Assembly (NCBI RefSeq): GCF_001194135.2
Contig: NC_068985.1
Span: forward strand, 66,834,653-66,878,607
Reading direction: 5' to 3'
Origin: Octopus bimaculoides
Lineage: Eukaryota
Length of the DNA: 43,955 bases
Of this stretch, positions 23,876-36,229 are shown in pieces. Position 1 is the stretch's first letter. Every line of letters begins with the position of its first letter. The position numbers were made by a program, and so were the translations under genes. Below the pieces are notes generated by a model. The model was not told where the DNA came from, did not search any database, and was given only the letters and a program-made list of their open reading frames with translations.

Positions 23876-25292
23876 TTTGCTCAATCCTATTAAAGGAAAT
23901 AAGTGGTCGGACTTTACAACATATCAGTAAGTAAATAATGGTCTCTTTATGATTAAACTATTGATTAGTACTATCGACATAATTATTAAGAACTATTATG
24001 ATTGCTTTAAAACGTTATGGCACTCTCTCTCCCTCTTTGTCTAAACACATTGGCATATCCAGTTATTTGAAAGATTTTAATTTTTACATTTTTATTAATT
24101 ATCCACCCTGTTACCCCCATAGAAAAATCAAACCATCAATTACTGTTTTAAGTTTAGTCCTTTACTGAACGTCTTGAAGGGGCACATAAGCAAAATGGTA
24201 CGATTGACATATATTAAGCCATTAATCTTCCTCTCGAGGCTCTTCATTTCTTATCTTTTCTTTTAGGTATGTACTTTTCTTCACTCTGATGAAGCTCCAT
24301 GTTCCAGATCGGATGTATTACCAAATATGATGAACATTACTTTTAGAATTTTCAATGGAAATACCATATAACATTGGGAGCAGAAACAGCTGTTAGATGA
24401 GATATAGTCAAGTAATAATTGATGTAAGTGAATTGTTGTTGATCAATATTTCTCCCTTTTCTGTTTACTTTATATATATATGAATAAAAAATATACATTG
24501 AGTACAGGACATCACTATCGAGTAAAAAATACTTAAACACACGTGAGATAATTACAACCTAGTCCACAGTAGGTTCTTATATATATATATGTATACACCG
24601 ATATCTGTACGGTTGTAATGAGAAAGAGAGGGAGGAGAGAAAGAAATGGATAGGGTTGGAGGGAGAGATGAGGAGGAAATAAAATCCATACTGAAAGACA
24701 AGTTGATATGCAGCTGCACTTACAAATAGAAAAGTAAATATAGAATATATTGTATCCCTATGACATCATTTAATTTAGGCAGTTTATAAATTTAGGAAAC
24801 TGACACACTTATGACACACACTTTCGAATAGACACTCACTTATAAGCATCCCTGAACTATACATACATATAAACAATACGCAAACAAATATATATCTGTG
24901 CTTTCAGTGTTTTTCCATTTGTACATGCTAATTTCAACCAACAGCTGCCTAGCAATTTTCTAATTATAAATTTTAATGTACTTATACATTTTGCATTAAA
25001 TTAGTTAATTACATTCTCTACGGGTGAACGTGGTTTTAGATGTCTCTTTATATATTTTAACATGTTTCTAATTGATGTATGAAGGAGCGTGATGTTTAAA
25101 TGAATATGCGTATTTCTCTCATTTGTGTTTGATTCTGTTTAGCGGATGCTTTTCATTTCTTTTTCTGTTTTGAATTATTTAAGAGTATCTCAACGAAATT
25201 CCAAATGCGTGCCGTTTCATATACTGTGAAACGAATATTAAAATGACAACAAAAGAAGATACACAATACTTTTCTGAGAGTTCTATGATATT

Positions 25293-25504
25293 GGTTTCAA
25301 ATTTTGGCACAAGACCAGCAATTTGGGACGAGGAATTAAATCGATTATATCGACCCCAGTACTCAACTTATTTTATTGGCCTCGAAAGGATGAAAAGCAA
25401 AGTCGACGGCGGTGGCATTTGGACTCAGACGTAAAAAAACAGGCGAAATAACTCCAGGCACTTTGCGCGACGTGGGAAAGATTTAGCCAGCACGCAGCCT
25501 TTCG
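25293..25504 (-). mobile_element. tRNA-derived SINE (second family) with a perfect 15-bp target-site duplication
   Basis: TCGACCCCAGTAC...CGAAAGGATGAAA.GCAAAGTCGAC core; GAGTTCTATGATATT at 25278-25292 and 25505-25519. Confidence 0.85.
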
Positions 25505-25602
25505 GAGTTCTATGATATTAGAGTTAATCTGATATCAGTTATATGTTTACCTGTAGAAACTAAATGGTCAAAATTCTGCAGCTCATATTAGATATATAAA
25601 CC

Positions 25603-25754
25603 AAGACCCATGGTTAGCTGTATTGTAGACATACACATACACAAAAGACAGGTCAATAAGTATGAGGCTGGGAGGAAGAGAGAGAAAAGAGAAAAGACTG
25701 GGTTGGTGATGGTGATGATCATGATGATGATGACGACAATGATGACGACGATGG

Positions 25755-25785
<31 letters not shown>

Positions 25786-26838
25786 AGTGGTGAGGAGTCG
25801 GAAAATGATGATTCGAGGGCAATGTATGAATGATGAAGGCGACGATAAAGCATGAACATAATACAAGAATGGACTGAAAAGTTTATTGGCTGACTATGAA
25901 GAAGTGATGCTAAAATGTTGGCTAAAATGTTCGTAGGGTGACCAAAATAATCCCATGGCATATGACGAAATGAGATTAATTTTTCGACATAGTCCCCCTT
26001 GCGATCCACACATTGCAACCCTTGAATTCTATTGGTGAAGAAGCGTTCATCAACAGCAGCTGTGACTTCATCATCAAAGCAATCCTTCTTCCTAGACAAG
26101 TGTTCTTCGCGCTGGGGATCGGCTGATAATCACATGTGGCCAAATCAGGAGGTAGGGAAGTTGATCAACCAGTCAATTGCAAAAGTTGCGCACAGCAACC
26201 CGCGTAAATCAAGGACTTCTATGTTGGAGAATAGTCCTTATGAAACAAGAGCACTTTCGACTGTTTTCCTTATCGTTTGTTCTTGAAAGCCTTTCGTAAC
26301 TCCCTGTTGATGGCACTTTTGAAGACAGCCAATAAACACAATGCCTTTTGCATCCCAGCTTTTCCCAGTTTTCCATGTATTTAAAAAAATTTTTTGATGG
26401 TAGAAGTTGAAGAACGTCGAGACATTGGGTCATCTTCAAAACTCCGTTTCCCTCCTAACGTCAGATGCCAGCCTTTGTTCTATTGATAAATTCGGAGCGT
26501 CGTCCCATAACGTATCAACTGTCATGATTGTCCTTGGGGGCTAAACCATTTTTTCTGCAGGTACTTGATAACTCTTTGACGCCAAACTTTGTCCAGTTTC
26601 AGTAGAAGTCGCACCTAGATACTTTTGACAGTGAAATATCAATTTACCTGGACAGAATCAATGCATTTAATAATAAGTGTAGAAATTCATGTGCGCAAGA
26701 TATCGTGAGTTTAGCATCACTTCTTCATAGTCAGCCAATAAACTTTTCAGTCCATTCTTGTATTATGTTCATGCTTTATCGTCGCCTTCATCATTCATAC
26801 ATTGCCCTCGAATCATCATTTTCCGACTCCTCACCACT

Positions 26839-26875
<37 letters not shown>

Positions 26876-27027
26876 CCATCGTCGTCATCATTGTCGTCAT
26901 CATCATCATGGTCATCACCATCACCAACCCATTCTTTTCTCTTTTCTCTCTCTTCCTCCCAGCCTCATACTTATTGACCTGTCTTTTGTGTATGTGTATG
27001 TCTACAATACAGCTAACCATGGGTCTT
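25603..27027. repeat. Near-perfect inverted repeat, 312/318 bp arms (25603-25914, 26710-27027)
   Basis: Each arm comprises the mariner end plus ~261-267 bp of flank containing (GAT)n/(ATC)n. I see two substitutions and a 6-bp microsatellite length difference. Confidence 0.95.
25864..26760 (-). mobile_element. Internally deleted mariner relic (irritans-like)
   Basis: Identical ~51-bp ends CAAGAATGGACTGAAAAGTTTATTGGCTGAC.. flanked by TA. Minus-strand WDAKGIVFIG..., DDEVTAAVD..RIQGLQ..CVDRKGDYVEK. Confidence 0.85.
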
Positions 27028-27098
27028 TAGATGATATACAAAATGAGACAGAAAATGCAATTATTAGGTATACAACTAGGAAAATATATGCTTAAACA

Positions 27099-27143
<45 letters not shown>

Positions 27144-27251
27144 TGTGTGTGTGTGTGTCTGTGTGTGTGTGTAGAAGAATAAAAGCGTGTGCGCACTTTT
27201 GTACATGCGTGAGCAATAATATATTATTTTCTACTCTAGGCACAACTCTCG

Positions 27252-27435
27252 AAATTTTCAGAGAGGGGCCAGTCGATTAGATCGAGACAGTACACAACTG
27301 GTATTAAATTTATTGACTCCGAAGGGATGAAAGGCAAAGTCAACCTCAGCGGAATTTGAACTCAGAACGTAGAAACACGAAAAATCGCTAAGCATTTCGG
27401 CCGGCGTGCTAACTTTTCTGCCAGCTCGTCGCCTT
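27252..27435 (-). mobile_element. tRNA-derived SINE (same family as 25293)
   Basis: The reverse complement starts AGGCGACGAGCTGGCAGAAA..TTAGCACGCCGG with B-box GAGTTCAAATTC. Confidence 0.9.
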
Positions 27436-29049
27436 GTGTGCAATTATATATTCTTCACATAAACTGTTTCACGCGCACACACTCATACATTAAAAACAAA
27501 TTGCAAATTAATTGAACCAAAAATTATTCCAGGCATATACATTAAATTTTCATAAATTATCGTAGAATAAATTGTGTTCTCAGGAAGAGGATTGAATTAG
27601 AAAACATAAGAGTAACCATTTTACAGTTGATGACCAAATGAAATTCAATTTAATAGATTTCCATACAATACACAAAAGATTAAACGTAATGCACTGTAAG
27701 TAGGTATTAATCTGAATATTCACAAGATTTCAATTTCCTTTCATTTGAAGCTAAATATCATTGCAAAAAATTGCATCAGTAAATAAAATTTGGAGTTATC
27801 ATTGTAATTTTAAAACATGCTAGAGGTATTTCTTCAAGCCAAGAATATTCCACTGAAAGATATCACCGCACAGACAGTTTTGCATGTAATAAATCTAATA
27901 AGATTGTGTTTATCGATAAGAAATATGTGTCTATATACATAAACATATACATGGGGTGGTAATAAATATGCGTGTGTGTGTCAGCGCATATGAATGTGCG
28001 TGTGCCTGAAAGATTTTGCTCTTCAATAGCACTCTCTAAATACACCAAATTTCACAGACTACTGCACCAAGATAAGAAAGAAGCGATTAGAAATAGTAGT
28101 TATGTTATTGTTCACTGCTTGGATATACGTACGTCTGTCCGTGTGTCCGTGTCCGTACGTGCCTATATCCGTGTGCCCGTATCCATGTGCCCGTGTCTGT
28201 GTGTGTGTATGTGTGTTTGTGTGTGTGTGTGTGTAAAATGCAATAGAATACAACCTGCGATGTTTTCAGGCCGTCAGTAACTGAGGGTATGAACCGTGCC
28301 TGCTTGGTATATATATACATATACNNNNNNNNNNNNNNNNNNNNNNNNNNNNNNNNNNNNNNNNNNNNNNNNNNNNNNNNNNNNNNNNNNNNNNNNNNNN
28401 NNNNNNNNNNNNNNNNNNNNNNNNNNNNNNNNNNNNNNNNNNNNNNNNNNNNNNNNNNNNNNNNNNNNNNNNNNNNNNNNNNNNNNNNNNNNNNNNNNNN
28501 NNNNNNNNNNNNNNNNNNNNNNNNNNNNNNNNNNNNNNNNNNNNNNNNNNNNNNNNNNNNNNNNNNNNNNNNNNNNNNNNNNNNNNNNNNNNNNNNNNNN
28601 NNNNNNNNNNNNNNNNNNNNNNNNNNNNNNNNNNNNNNNNNNNNNNNNNNNNNNNNNNNNNNNNNNNNNNNNNNNNNNNNNNNNNNNNNNNNNNNNNNNN
28701 NNNNNNNNNNNNNNNNNNNNNNNNNNNNNNNNNNNNNNNNNNNNNNNNNNNNNNNNNNNNNNNNNNNNNNNNNNNNNNNNNNNNNNNNNNNNNNNNNNNN
28801 NNNNNNNNNNNNNNNNNNNNNNNNNNNNNNNNNNNNNNNNNNNNNNNNNNNNNNNNNNNNNNNNNNNNNNNNNNNNNNNNNNNNNNNNNNNNNNNNNNNN
28901 NATATATATATATATATATATATATGTAAATATATATACATACATATATATGTATATATGTATATATATGTATATATATGTATGTATGCATATATATATA
29001 TATATATATGTAAATATATATACATATATATATATATACATACATACAT

Positions 29050-29080
<31 letters not shown>

Positions 29081-29117
29081 NNNNNNNNNNCATATATATA
29101 TATATACATACATACAT

Positions 29118-29186
<69 letters not shown>

Positions 29187-31328
29187 GTTATATTTCATAT
29201 ATATATATGAAATATAACTAAGATTCGGTTGAATTAAGTACTTAAATTTAGGCACCATTTTTTAACACCTTAAACTTTACCCTTTTGTAGACAAAACCGG
29301 ATATAAGGTTCCGATATTTAGATTGTCTAGTAGGTTGTCATGATATTTATTAGTCATCGAAGCAGATGTGTGGGCGGTGTCACCATTACAATACATGAGT
29401 AATACAGGTGTAAATGTAGCGGTGACAGTAAACGTTGCTATAATTTACCTCCTTTTAATATGATTGAATGACACGTCATAGTTTAATACTTTTCTACCTT
29501 TGTCTAGAATACAGCTACAACTCCCAAAACATTTAATTCTGGATGATCGAAGACCACATTCCCACTTTTGTGTTCGAAGTGTAGCTAACTAGGTCACTAT
29601 TCTCAATTATCCGCCCCCCCACCAACTATAATATCTACTAACCACTAAATTCTAATACTTCGACACTACATAGATTATTTCCTAAACTCATTCTGACAAA
29701 GATATAGCAGTCGTTTTCTCCTTTGTGTTTGAAGTCTATACAGTCATCTGTTGAAAACGGTTTCTTTGCAATGAATTAATGTATTCATTAATCAATTAAN
29801 NNNNNNNNNTATTATTATTTTAACCTTAAACTTCGTTCAGATTGTATTTAAAACGATAATAGTTTATGTTAGCCGGTTTTTGTATATAATATACATGTTA
29901 GCATACAATATAATGGATGTAGGGATGATTATGGAATGTTTATTATTTTGATATTTTGATATTTTTGATAATTTTTCTGTCTTTATAAAATAAGTATTTT
30001 ATATCAATTCATTTGGTACTTATTGTTGGTTGATATATATATTTATTTATTATAATTATTGTTCTATTTACTACCTGACGATTAGCTGTATTTTTGAATA
30101 GAATTCATTTTCGATAATTTTAATTGATCTTAATCGATTTAAATTTCCTTTCTATTTGAAAATTAGTTATGAAACACGTGTAGTCATTTTCTTATCTTTA
30201 TCTTATGATATTTACTTTGTTTTATATTATACTCATTTATTGTGCTTTTGATTATTAATTTTTCTATATGTGATAGTGGATTTTCATCTATGAGGTCTTG
30301 AAACTTGGTTCTTTTACCTAAAACTGTATATATATATATATATNNNNNNNNNNNNNNNNNNNNNNNNNNNNNNNNNNNNNNNNNNNNNNNNNNNNNNNNN
30401 NNNNNNNNNNNNNNNNNNNNNNNNNNNNNNNNNNNNNNNNNNNNNNNNNNNNNNNNNNNNNNNNNNNNNNNNNNNNNNNNNNNNNNNNNNNNNNNNNNNN
30501 NNNNNNNNNNNNNNNNNNNNNNNNNNNNNNNNNNNNNNNNNNNNNNNNNNNNNNNNNNNNNNNNNNNNNNNNNNNNNNNNNNNNNNNNNNNNNNNNNNNN
30601 NNNNNNNNNNNNNNNNNNNNNNNNNNNNNNNNNNNNNNNNNNNNNNNNNNNNNNNNNNNNNNNNNNNNNNNNNNNNNNNNNNNNNNNNNNNNNNNNNNNN
30701 NNNNNNNNNNNNNNNNNNNNNNNNNNNNNNNNNNNNNNNNNNNNNNNNNNNNNNNNNNNNNNNNNNNNNNNNNNNNNNNNNNNNNNNNNNNNNNNNNNNN
30801 NNNNNNNNNNNNNNNNNNNNNNNNNNNNNNNNNNNNNNNNNNNNNNNNNNNNNNNNNNNNNNNNNNNNNNNNNNNNNNNNNNNNNNNNNNNNNNNNNNNN
30901 NNNNNNNNNNNNNNNNNNNNNNNNNNNNNNNNNNNNNNNNNNNNNNNNNNNNNNNNNNNNNNNNNNNNNNNNNNNNNNNNNNNNNNNNNNNNNNNNNNNN
31001 NNNNNNNNNNNNNNNNNNNNNNNNNNNNNNNNNNNNNNNNNNNNNNNNNNNNNNNNNNNNNNNNNNNNNNNNNNNNNNNNNNNNNNNNNNNNNNNNNNNN
31101 NNNNNNNNNNNNNNNNNNNNNNNNNNNNNNNNNNNNNNNNNNNNNNNNNNNNNNNTATGCATAAGGAATCGTTTTATTTTCTATATTTTCATTTGTCTTA
31201 CTTATTTTTTGCATTCTGGCGTTTGCTGATATTATTTTCTTGTGAACACTCACTTCGTGGTAAGGCGATCTGACGTCTATCTTTAGTATATAGGAATCCA
31301 CTTTACTGGTCATTCCTCTTATTAATTG

Positions 31329-31398
<70 letters not shown>

Positions 31399-33349
31399 TG
31401 TGTGTGTGTCTGAGTGTGTGTCTTTGTGTGTGTCTGTGTGTGTCTGTGTTTATATGTACATACGTAGGTGGTAAAGTGATCATTGTTTCAGCATCAATGT
31501 GTGTGTTCACGTCTTAAGAAAGAAAAAAGAAATATGTACCAAAACCCTTCATAGCAGCAGTCTAATGGCCGAAGCAAATAACGGATATTTATACATATTT
31601 ATTCGTTTTTACGAATTATTGGATTAACAAGGCAATCGATGTTTTCTTGTGAAATAATTGATTGCCTTGTAGAATTTTCTGTCGAAAAAAGAAAATGGAA
31701 AAGTAATGATGTATGTACAAAGTTAGCAGAAAGAAGCCGAACAGAGAAACAATAATTGATATTGGAACGAAGGAGAATATCCGCAGCAATTTGCTTCGCT
31801 CAGAGAATACAAGAAAAGCCATACATTTTCTCGAATATGCTTTGGACAATTACATAGAGGATGTCGACAACACCCATACAAACTGGAGAATCATGGTTAA
31901 GGCCAGAAAATACTAGGCTAGAGTAAACAAAACAAATATTCTCAAAAAATTAAAACTAATGCATGCACACAAAAATTAGTACTCTGAAATTTGAAGCCTT
32001 CCCCATCACACATCATCCCCAATATACAAACTGGATAAATGTTTGGATATCGATTATATGCACAATGATTATTACACACATATATCCCAAGGGGTTCATG
32101 GTGGGATTCTTAACTACAGAGGTATGTATATGTTAAACATAATACATATTTAATACATCATATCATTTTCAAATACATACATACATATATAGTGTAACTG
32201 TAAAAATGTTGAATTATCGGAGTAATGGGCATTCCAAAAAGTATGTATGCATAGAAATGTATGAATGAAATCTTTAAGGTTTAAGATTCAAATTAAGGAA
32301 GTGCAATAATAATGTTTAGCAGTTCAAAACTGTGGTTAGGGAAATGCAGAATTAGGTCGGCTGATCATGAGAATCAAACATTGATCGCTTCGCTAAAATC
32401 TGCAGGTGGTATGGGTTATTTCCCTTGGGTTGTTTCAATAAAATATTAGTAATATGTAGTAGATAGAAGGATCCATTGAAAGGAGCCTATTATCGATTTT
32501 TTCNNNNNNNNNNNNNNNNNNNNNNNNNNNNNNNNNNNNNNNNNNNNNNNNNNNNNNNNNNNNNNNNNNNNNNNNNNNNNNNNNNNNNNNNNNNNNNNNN
32601 NNNNNNNNNNNNNNNNNNNNNNNNNNNNNNNNNNNNNNNNNNNNNNNNNNNNNNNNNNNNNNNNNNNNNNNNNNNNNNNNNNNNNNNNNNNNNNNNNNNN
32701 NNNNNNNNNNNNNNNNNNNNNNNNNNNNNNNNNNNNNNNNNNNNNNNNNNNNNNNNNNNNNNNNNNNNNNNNNNNNNNNNNNNNNNNNNNNNNNNNNNNN
32801 NNNNNNNNNNNNNNNNNNNNNNNNNNNNNNNNNNNNNNNNNNNNNNNNNNNNNNNNNNNNNNNNNNNNNNNNNNNNNNNNNNNNNNNNNNNNNNNNNNNN
32901 NNNNNNNNNNNNNNNNNNNNNNNNNNNNNNNNNNNNNNNNNNNNNNNNNNNNNNNNNNNNNNNNNNNNNNNNNNNNNNNNNNNNNNNNNNNNNNNNNNNN
33001 NNNNNNNNNNNNNNNNNNNNNNNNNNNNNNNNNNNNNNNNNNNNNNNNNNNNNNNNNNNNNNNNNNNNNNNNNNNNNNNNNNNNNNNNNNNNNNNNNNNN
33101 NNNNNNNNNNNNNNNNNNNNNNNNNNNNNNNNNNNNNNNNNNNNNNNNNNNNNNNNNNNNNNNNNNNNNNNNNNNNNNNNNNNNNNNNNNNNNNNNNNNN
33201 NNNNNNNNNNNNNNNNNNNNNNNNNNNNNNNNNNNNNNNNNNNNNNNNNNNNNNNNNNNNNNNNNNNNNNNNNNNNNNNNNNNNNNNNNNNNNNNNNNNN
33301 NNNNNNNNNNNNNNNNNNNNNNNNNNNNNNNNNNNACTTGTAAAATAGG

Positions 33350-33690
33350 ACGTGTGCGTTCAATAATGTAATAATACAAAGAATATATATACATGTATAC
33401 ACACATATATGTACATACTTACATCTACATGTGTATATACATGCATATCAGGGTACAGGACGTTAGAACAATAAACTACAGACAACGGAACGAACACATA
33501 GGAAAACGGAAAGCCCCTTGGAATATCCCTTCATCAGCTGTCTCTATTCTATCTAGACGTTTCGAAGACCAGACAGGACGTACTCTAGAATAGTCTCTTC
33601 CTGAGTAGTGGATCAACCAACTACACAGAGGATTCCAAGGTGGCAAACACAAACCAAGACAGGAAAAAATGGACAGTGAAAACAACATAT
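33350..33690. repeat. Probable PLE-associated terminal-repeat remnant
   Basis: CAGGGTACAGGACGTT...CCCTTCATCAG...GACGTTTCGAAG. Assignment is from recall of octopus repeats plus hammerhead-like boxes on the minus strand. Confidence 0.4.
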
Positions 33691-33920
33691 ATATATATAT
33701 AGGTTATGAGAGGTATTGGTGTCAATAAGACCCAAAGGTGGTGTTAGGTAATGGTGAGTAAGTGCTCTGGATAAAACATAGTTAAGCTCCAGTTTCAGTG
33801 ATTATGCGAATAAGGAGTTCAACGTGGATCATATATCAGCATGTGTATATATACATTTGTTTTTCACAGTGAGATAAAAAAAAAGCCCAGGCTGTGAAGA
33901 TTTTAGAACATTTATAAATA

Positions 33921-33970
33921 GGTTTTACAGCTGTTTCCAGGATATTTATTATATCCCTTCATCGGAGACC
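33921..33970 (-). ncRNA. Minimal type I hammerhead-like ribozyme in the pLTR (U4C variant)
   Basis: GGUCU-CCGAUGA-AGGGAUAU-AAUAA-AUAUCCUG-GAAA-CAGCUG-UA-AAACC, with a loopless palindromic stem III. The copy at 35961-36000 lacks the cleavage site (17-nt deletion). Confidence 0.6.
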
Positions 33971-35230
33971 GCCTGAACAAATGGTTGAGCAATACTTAAT
34001 CGAGATAATATACGAAATAGAGAGTGAAGTGGAGGAATGAAAATAGATGTGAGATATGCAGAGATATTGCATTTGTAGATCCATTATTTAAGCAGAATGG
34101 TATACATATAAGATTCCAATAACTTGTGAGTAAATTCCAATAATATTCAAAATTGATCATTGCAAGTATAGAGTTTGTACAGAGAGCTATTGAGACGAGG
34201 GTTTTATTTAAAGTGACCTAAAAGTAGAGAATGTATTTGTAAGGTCAAATCGAGAACAGGAAGAGAGGAATAAGGAATAGAGAAGATAAAAAAAGAAAAA
34301 GAAAAACATGGAGAGAGTTGACAAAGAGATGACAGGGAAAGTGCACCAAGTTAGATAACTTGAAAATAGGAATGGGGAGATGAGTGTGATAGAGAGAGAA
34401 AGATATTAGCGTTTAAAAAGATGATAGGGTAAAGAGCAAAGGAGTGTCTCCTCTATTTCTGAACACATTCCCCAAAATTCACCCAATTGTAATTGCCCTC
34501 CTGGAACCATCTGCCTGTACAAACCCATTGCAAAAAATATAATGTAATTTACAAATGCACTGTCCTTATTCTATTACATAACACTACAACAATATACATA
34601 GGATCAACTAAAATTTTAAGCAACGATATGCCGCTCACCTCTATTCCTTTAGATACGATAAACATAGTAAATCTACAACACGCGCCGGCCACATACATCA
34701 TCTCAAAAATACAAATATACCCGAAACTCTATCATGGTCCATACTAGATTCAGGTCTTCCCTACCGAGGACAACGTTCAACCTGCAAGCTTTGCCTGAAG
34801 GAGGCACTTGACATATTAAAGCACAACACTCCAACACTGCTAAATGAACATAACGATGCACTAACCTCATGAAACCATCGCATTTCTCACACATTCAAAT
34901 TCTACCACAAATCCAAATGCTTAAACGACCATACAGTATATTTCAACAATACCCCTTAGGTAATCCCAATAACCTTATAATTCTACATTTTAGCTCCTAA
35001 TCTCGCTCATACTCGAATATCACAACCATCTAATTATATTCGTGTGTATATGAGTGTATGTATATGTGCGCGTATATGTATGGGTGTTTGTATGTATGTA
35101 TGTGTCAATGTATGTATGTATGCAAGGGTTATAATACATATAGATACACGTATATATGGATGTGCATCTGAACATATACATATGAGTACGAGTTGCATAT
35201 GTAGATATTGATATTTACTTTTTTACTTTT

Positions 35231-35370
35231 TTACTTGTTTCAGTCATTTGACTGTGGCCATGCTGGAGTATCGATGCCGAACTTATTCTTTGTAAGCCTA
35301 GTACTTATTGTATCGGTCTCTTTTGTCGAACTGCTAAGTTACGGGGAGGTAAGCACATCAGCATCGGTTG
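35231..35370 (-). mobile_element. SINE 3' half inserted within the PLE
   Basis: TTACTTGTTTCAGTCATTTGACTG..CTTATTCTTTGTAAGCCTAGTACTTATT..ATCGGTCTCTTTTG; reverse complement of the 5905-6095 family. Confidence 0.85.
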
Positions 35371-36121
35371 GACTATCTCTCTCTCCATCACCCCCATTCT
35401 TTCTATCTCAAACTCGTTTACTCTTTACCCTAACATCTATTTACACGCTAATATCTTTCTCTCTCTATCTCCCTCATCTTCCCATCCCTCCTTGCAAGTT
35501 ATGTTGACTGACCACTAACTGGTGCACTTTCCCTCTCGTCTCTTTATTATTTCTCTCCTTGTTTTTCTTTTTTCCTTTTTTCTTTCTTTACTTTATTCGT
35601 CTCTTCATGTGTCTTCCTGTTTTCTGCTTTTTTTTCTCTTCTTTTCTTCTCTTTTCTTTATTCCTCTCTTCCTGTTTTCGATTTGACCTTACAAATACAA
35701 TCCCTACTTTTAAGTCACTTTAAATAAAACCCTCGTCTCAATAGCTCTGTGTACAAACTCTATACTTGCAATAACCAATTCTAAATACTATTAAAATTTA
35801 CTCACAAGGTATTGGAATTTTATATGCATACCTATTCTGCCTAAATAATTGATCTATAAATGCAATATCATTGCATATCTCACATTTATTTTCATTCTCT
35901 ATTTCACTCTCTATTTCGTATCTTATCTCAATTAACTATTGCTTAACTATTTTCTCCCACGGTCTCCGATGAAGGGATATAATAAATATCCTGGAAACAG
36001 AAATGTTCTAAAATCTTCACAGCCTTGGTTTTTTATGTCATTCTAAAAAAGAAAAATAATTATATACACACACACACACACACCCACACACACACACACA
36101 TACACACACACATGCGCGCGC

Positions 36122-36204
<83 letters not shown>

Positions 36205-36229
36205 AAAGACACCCACATAGATTGGTCCA

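Larger units (their letters stand above)
33878..36034 (+). mobile_element. 5'-truncated Penelope-like element: inverted pLTR (33878-34445), GIY-YIG 3' end (~34470-34910), direct pLTR (35412-36034)
   Basis: PNCNC..CKKYNVIYKC..TIYIGST/NFKQRYAAH..WSILDSGLPYRGQRSTCKLCLKEALDILKH..LLNE. The arms are clear imperfect reverse complements. Confidence 0.88.

Noticed and set aside
25588-27095. Mirror-image His/Met/Ser/Ile-rich ORFs
   Set aside because: Translations of the (GAT)n/(ATC)n tract in the inverted repeat.
29510-29592. Nested hairpin AGCTACA/TGTAGCT with TCGAA/TTCGA and CTGGATGA
   Set aside because: The core does not match hammerhead consensus and the stems are short enough to be chance.
31713-31916. 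67-aa ORF with protein-like composition
   Set aside because: No recognisable motif and no frame-compatible splice acceptor.
429-33406. Long ORFs with X runs and YI/VC/HT/ER/poly-S/poly-H repeats
   Set aside because: Artefacts of N gaps and microsatellites; not genes.
33510-33575. GAAAC and CUGA(U/G)GA boxes in permuted order on the minus strand here and at 40381-40414
   Set aside because: The 21-22 nt spacer does not fold into convincing stems III and I, so I cannot support a hammerhead.
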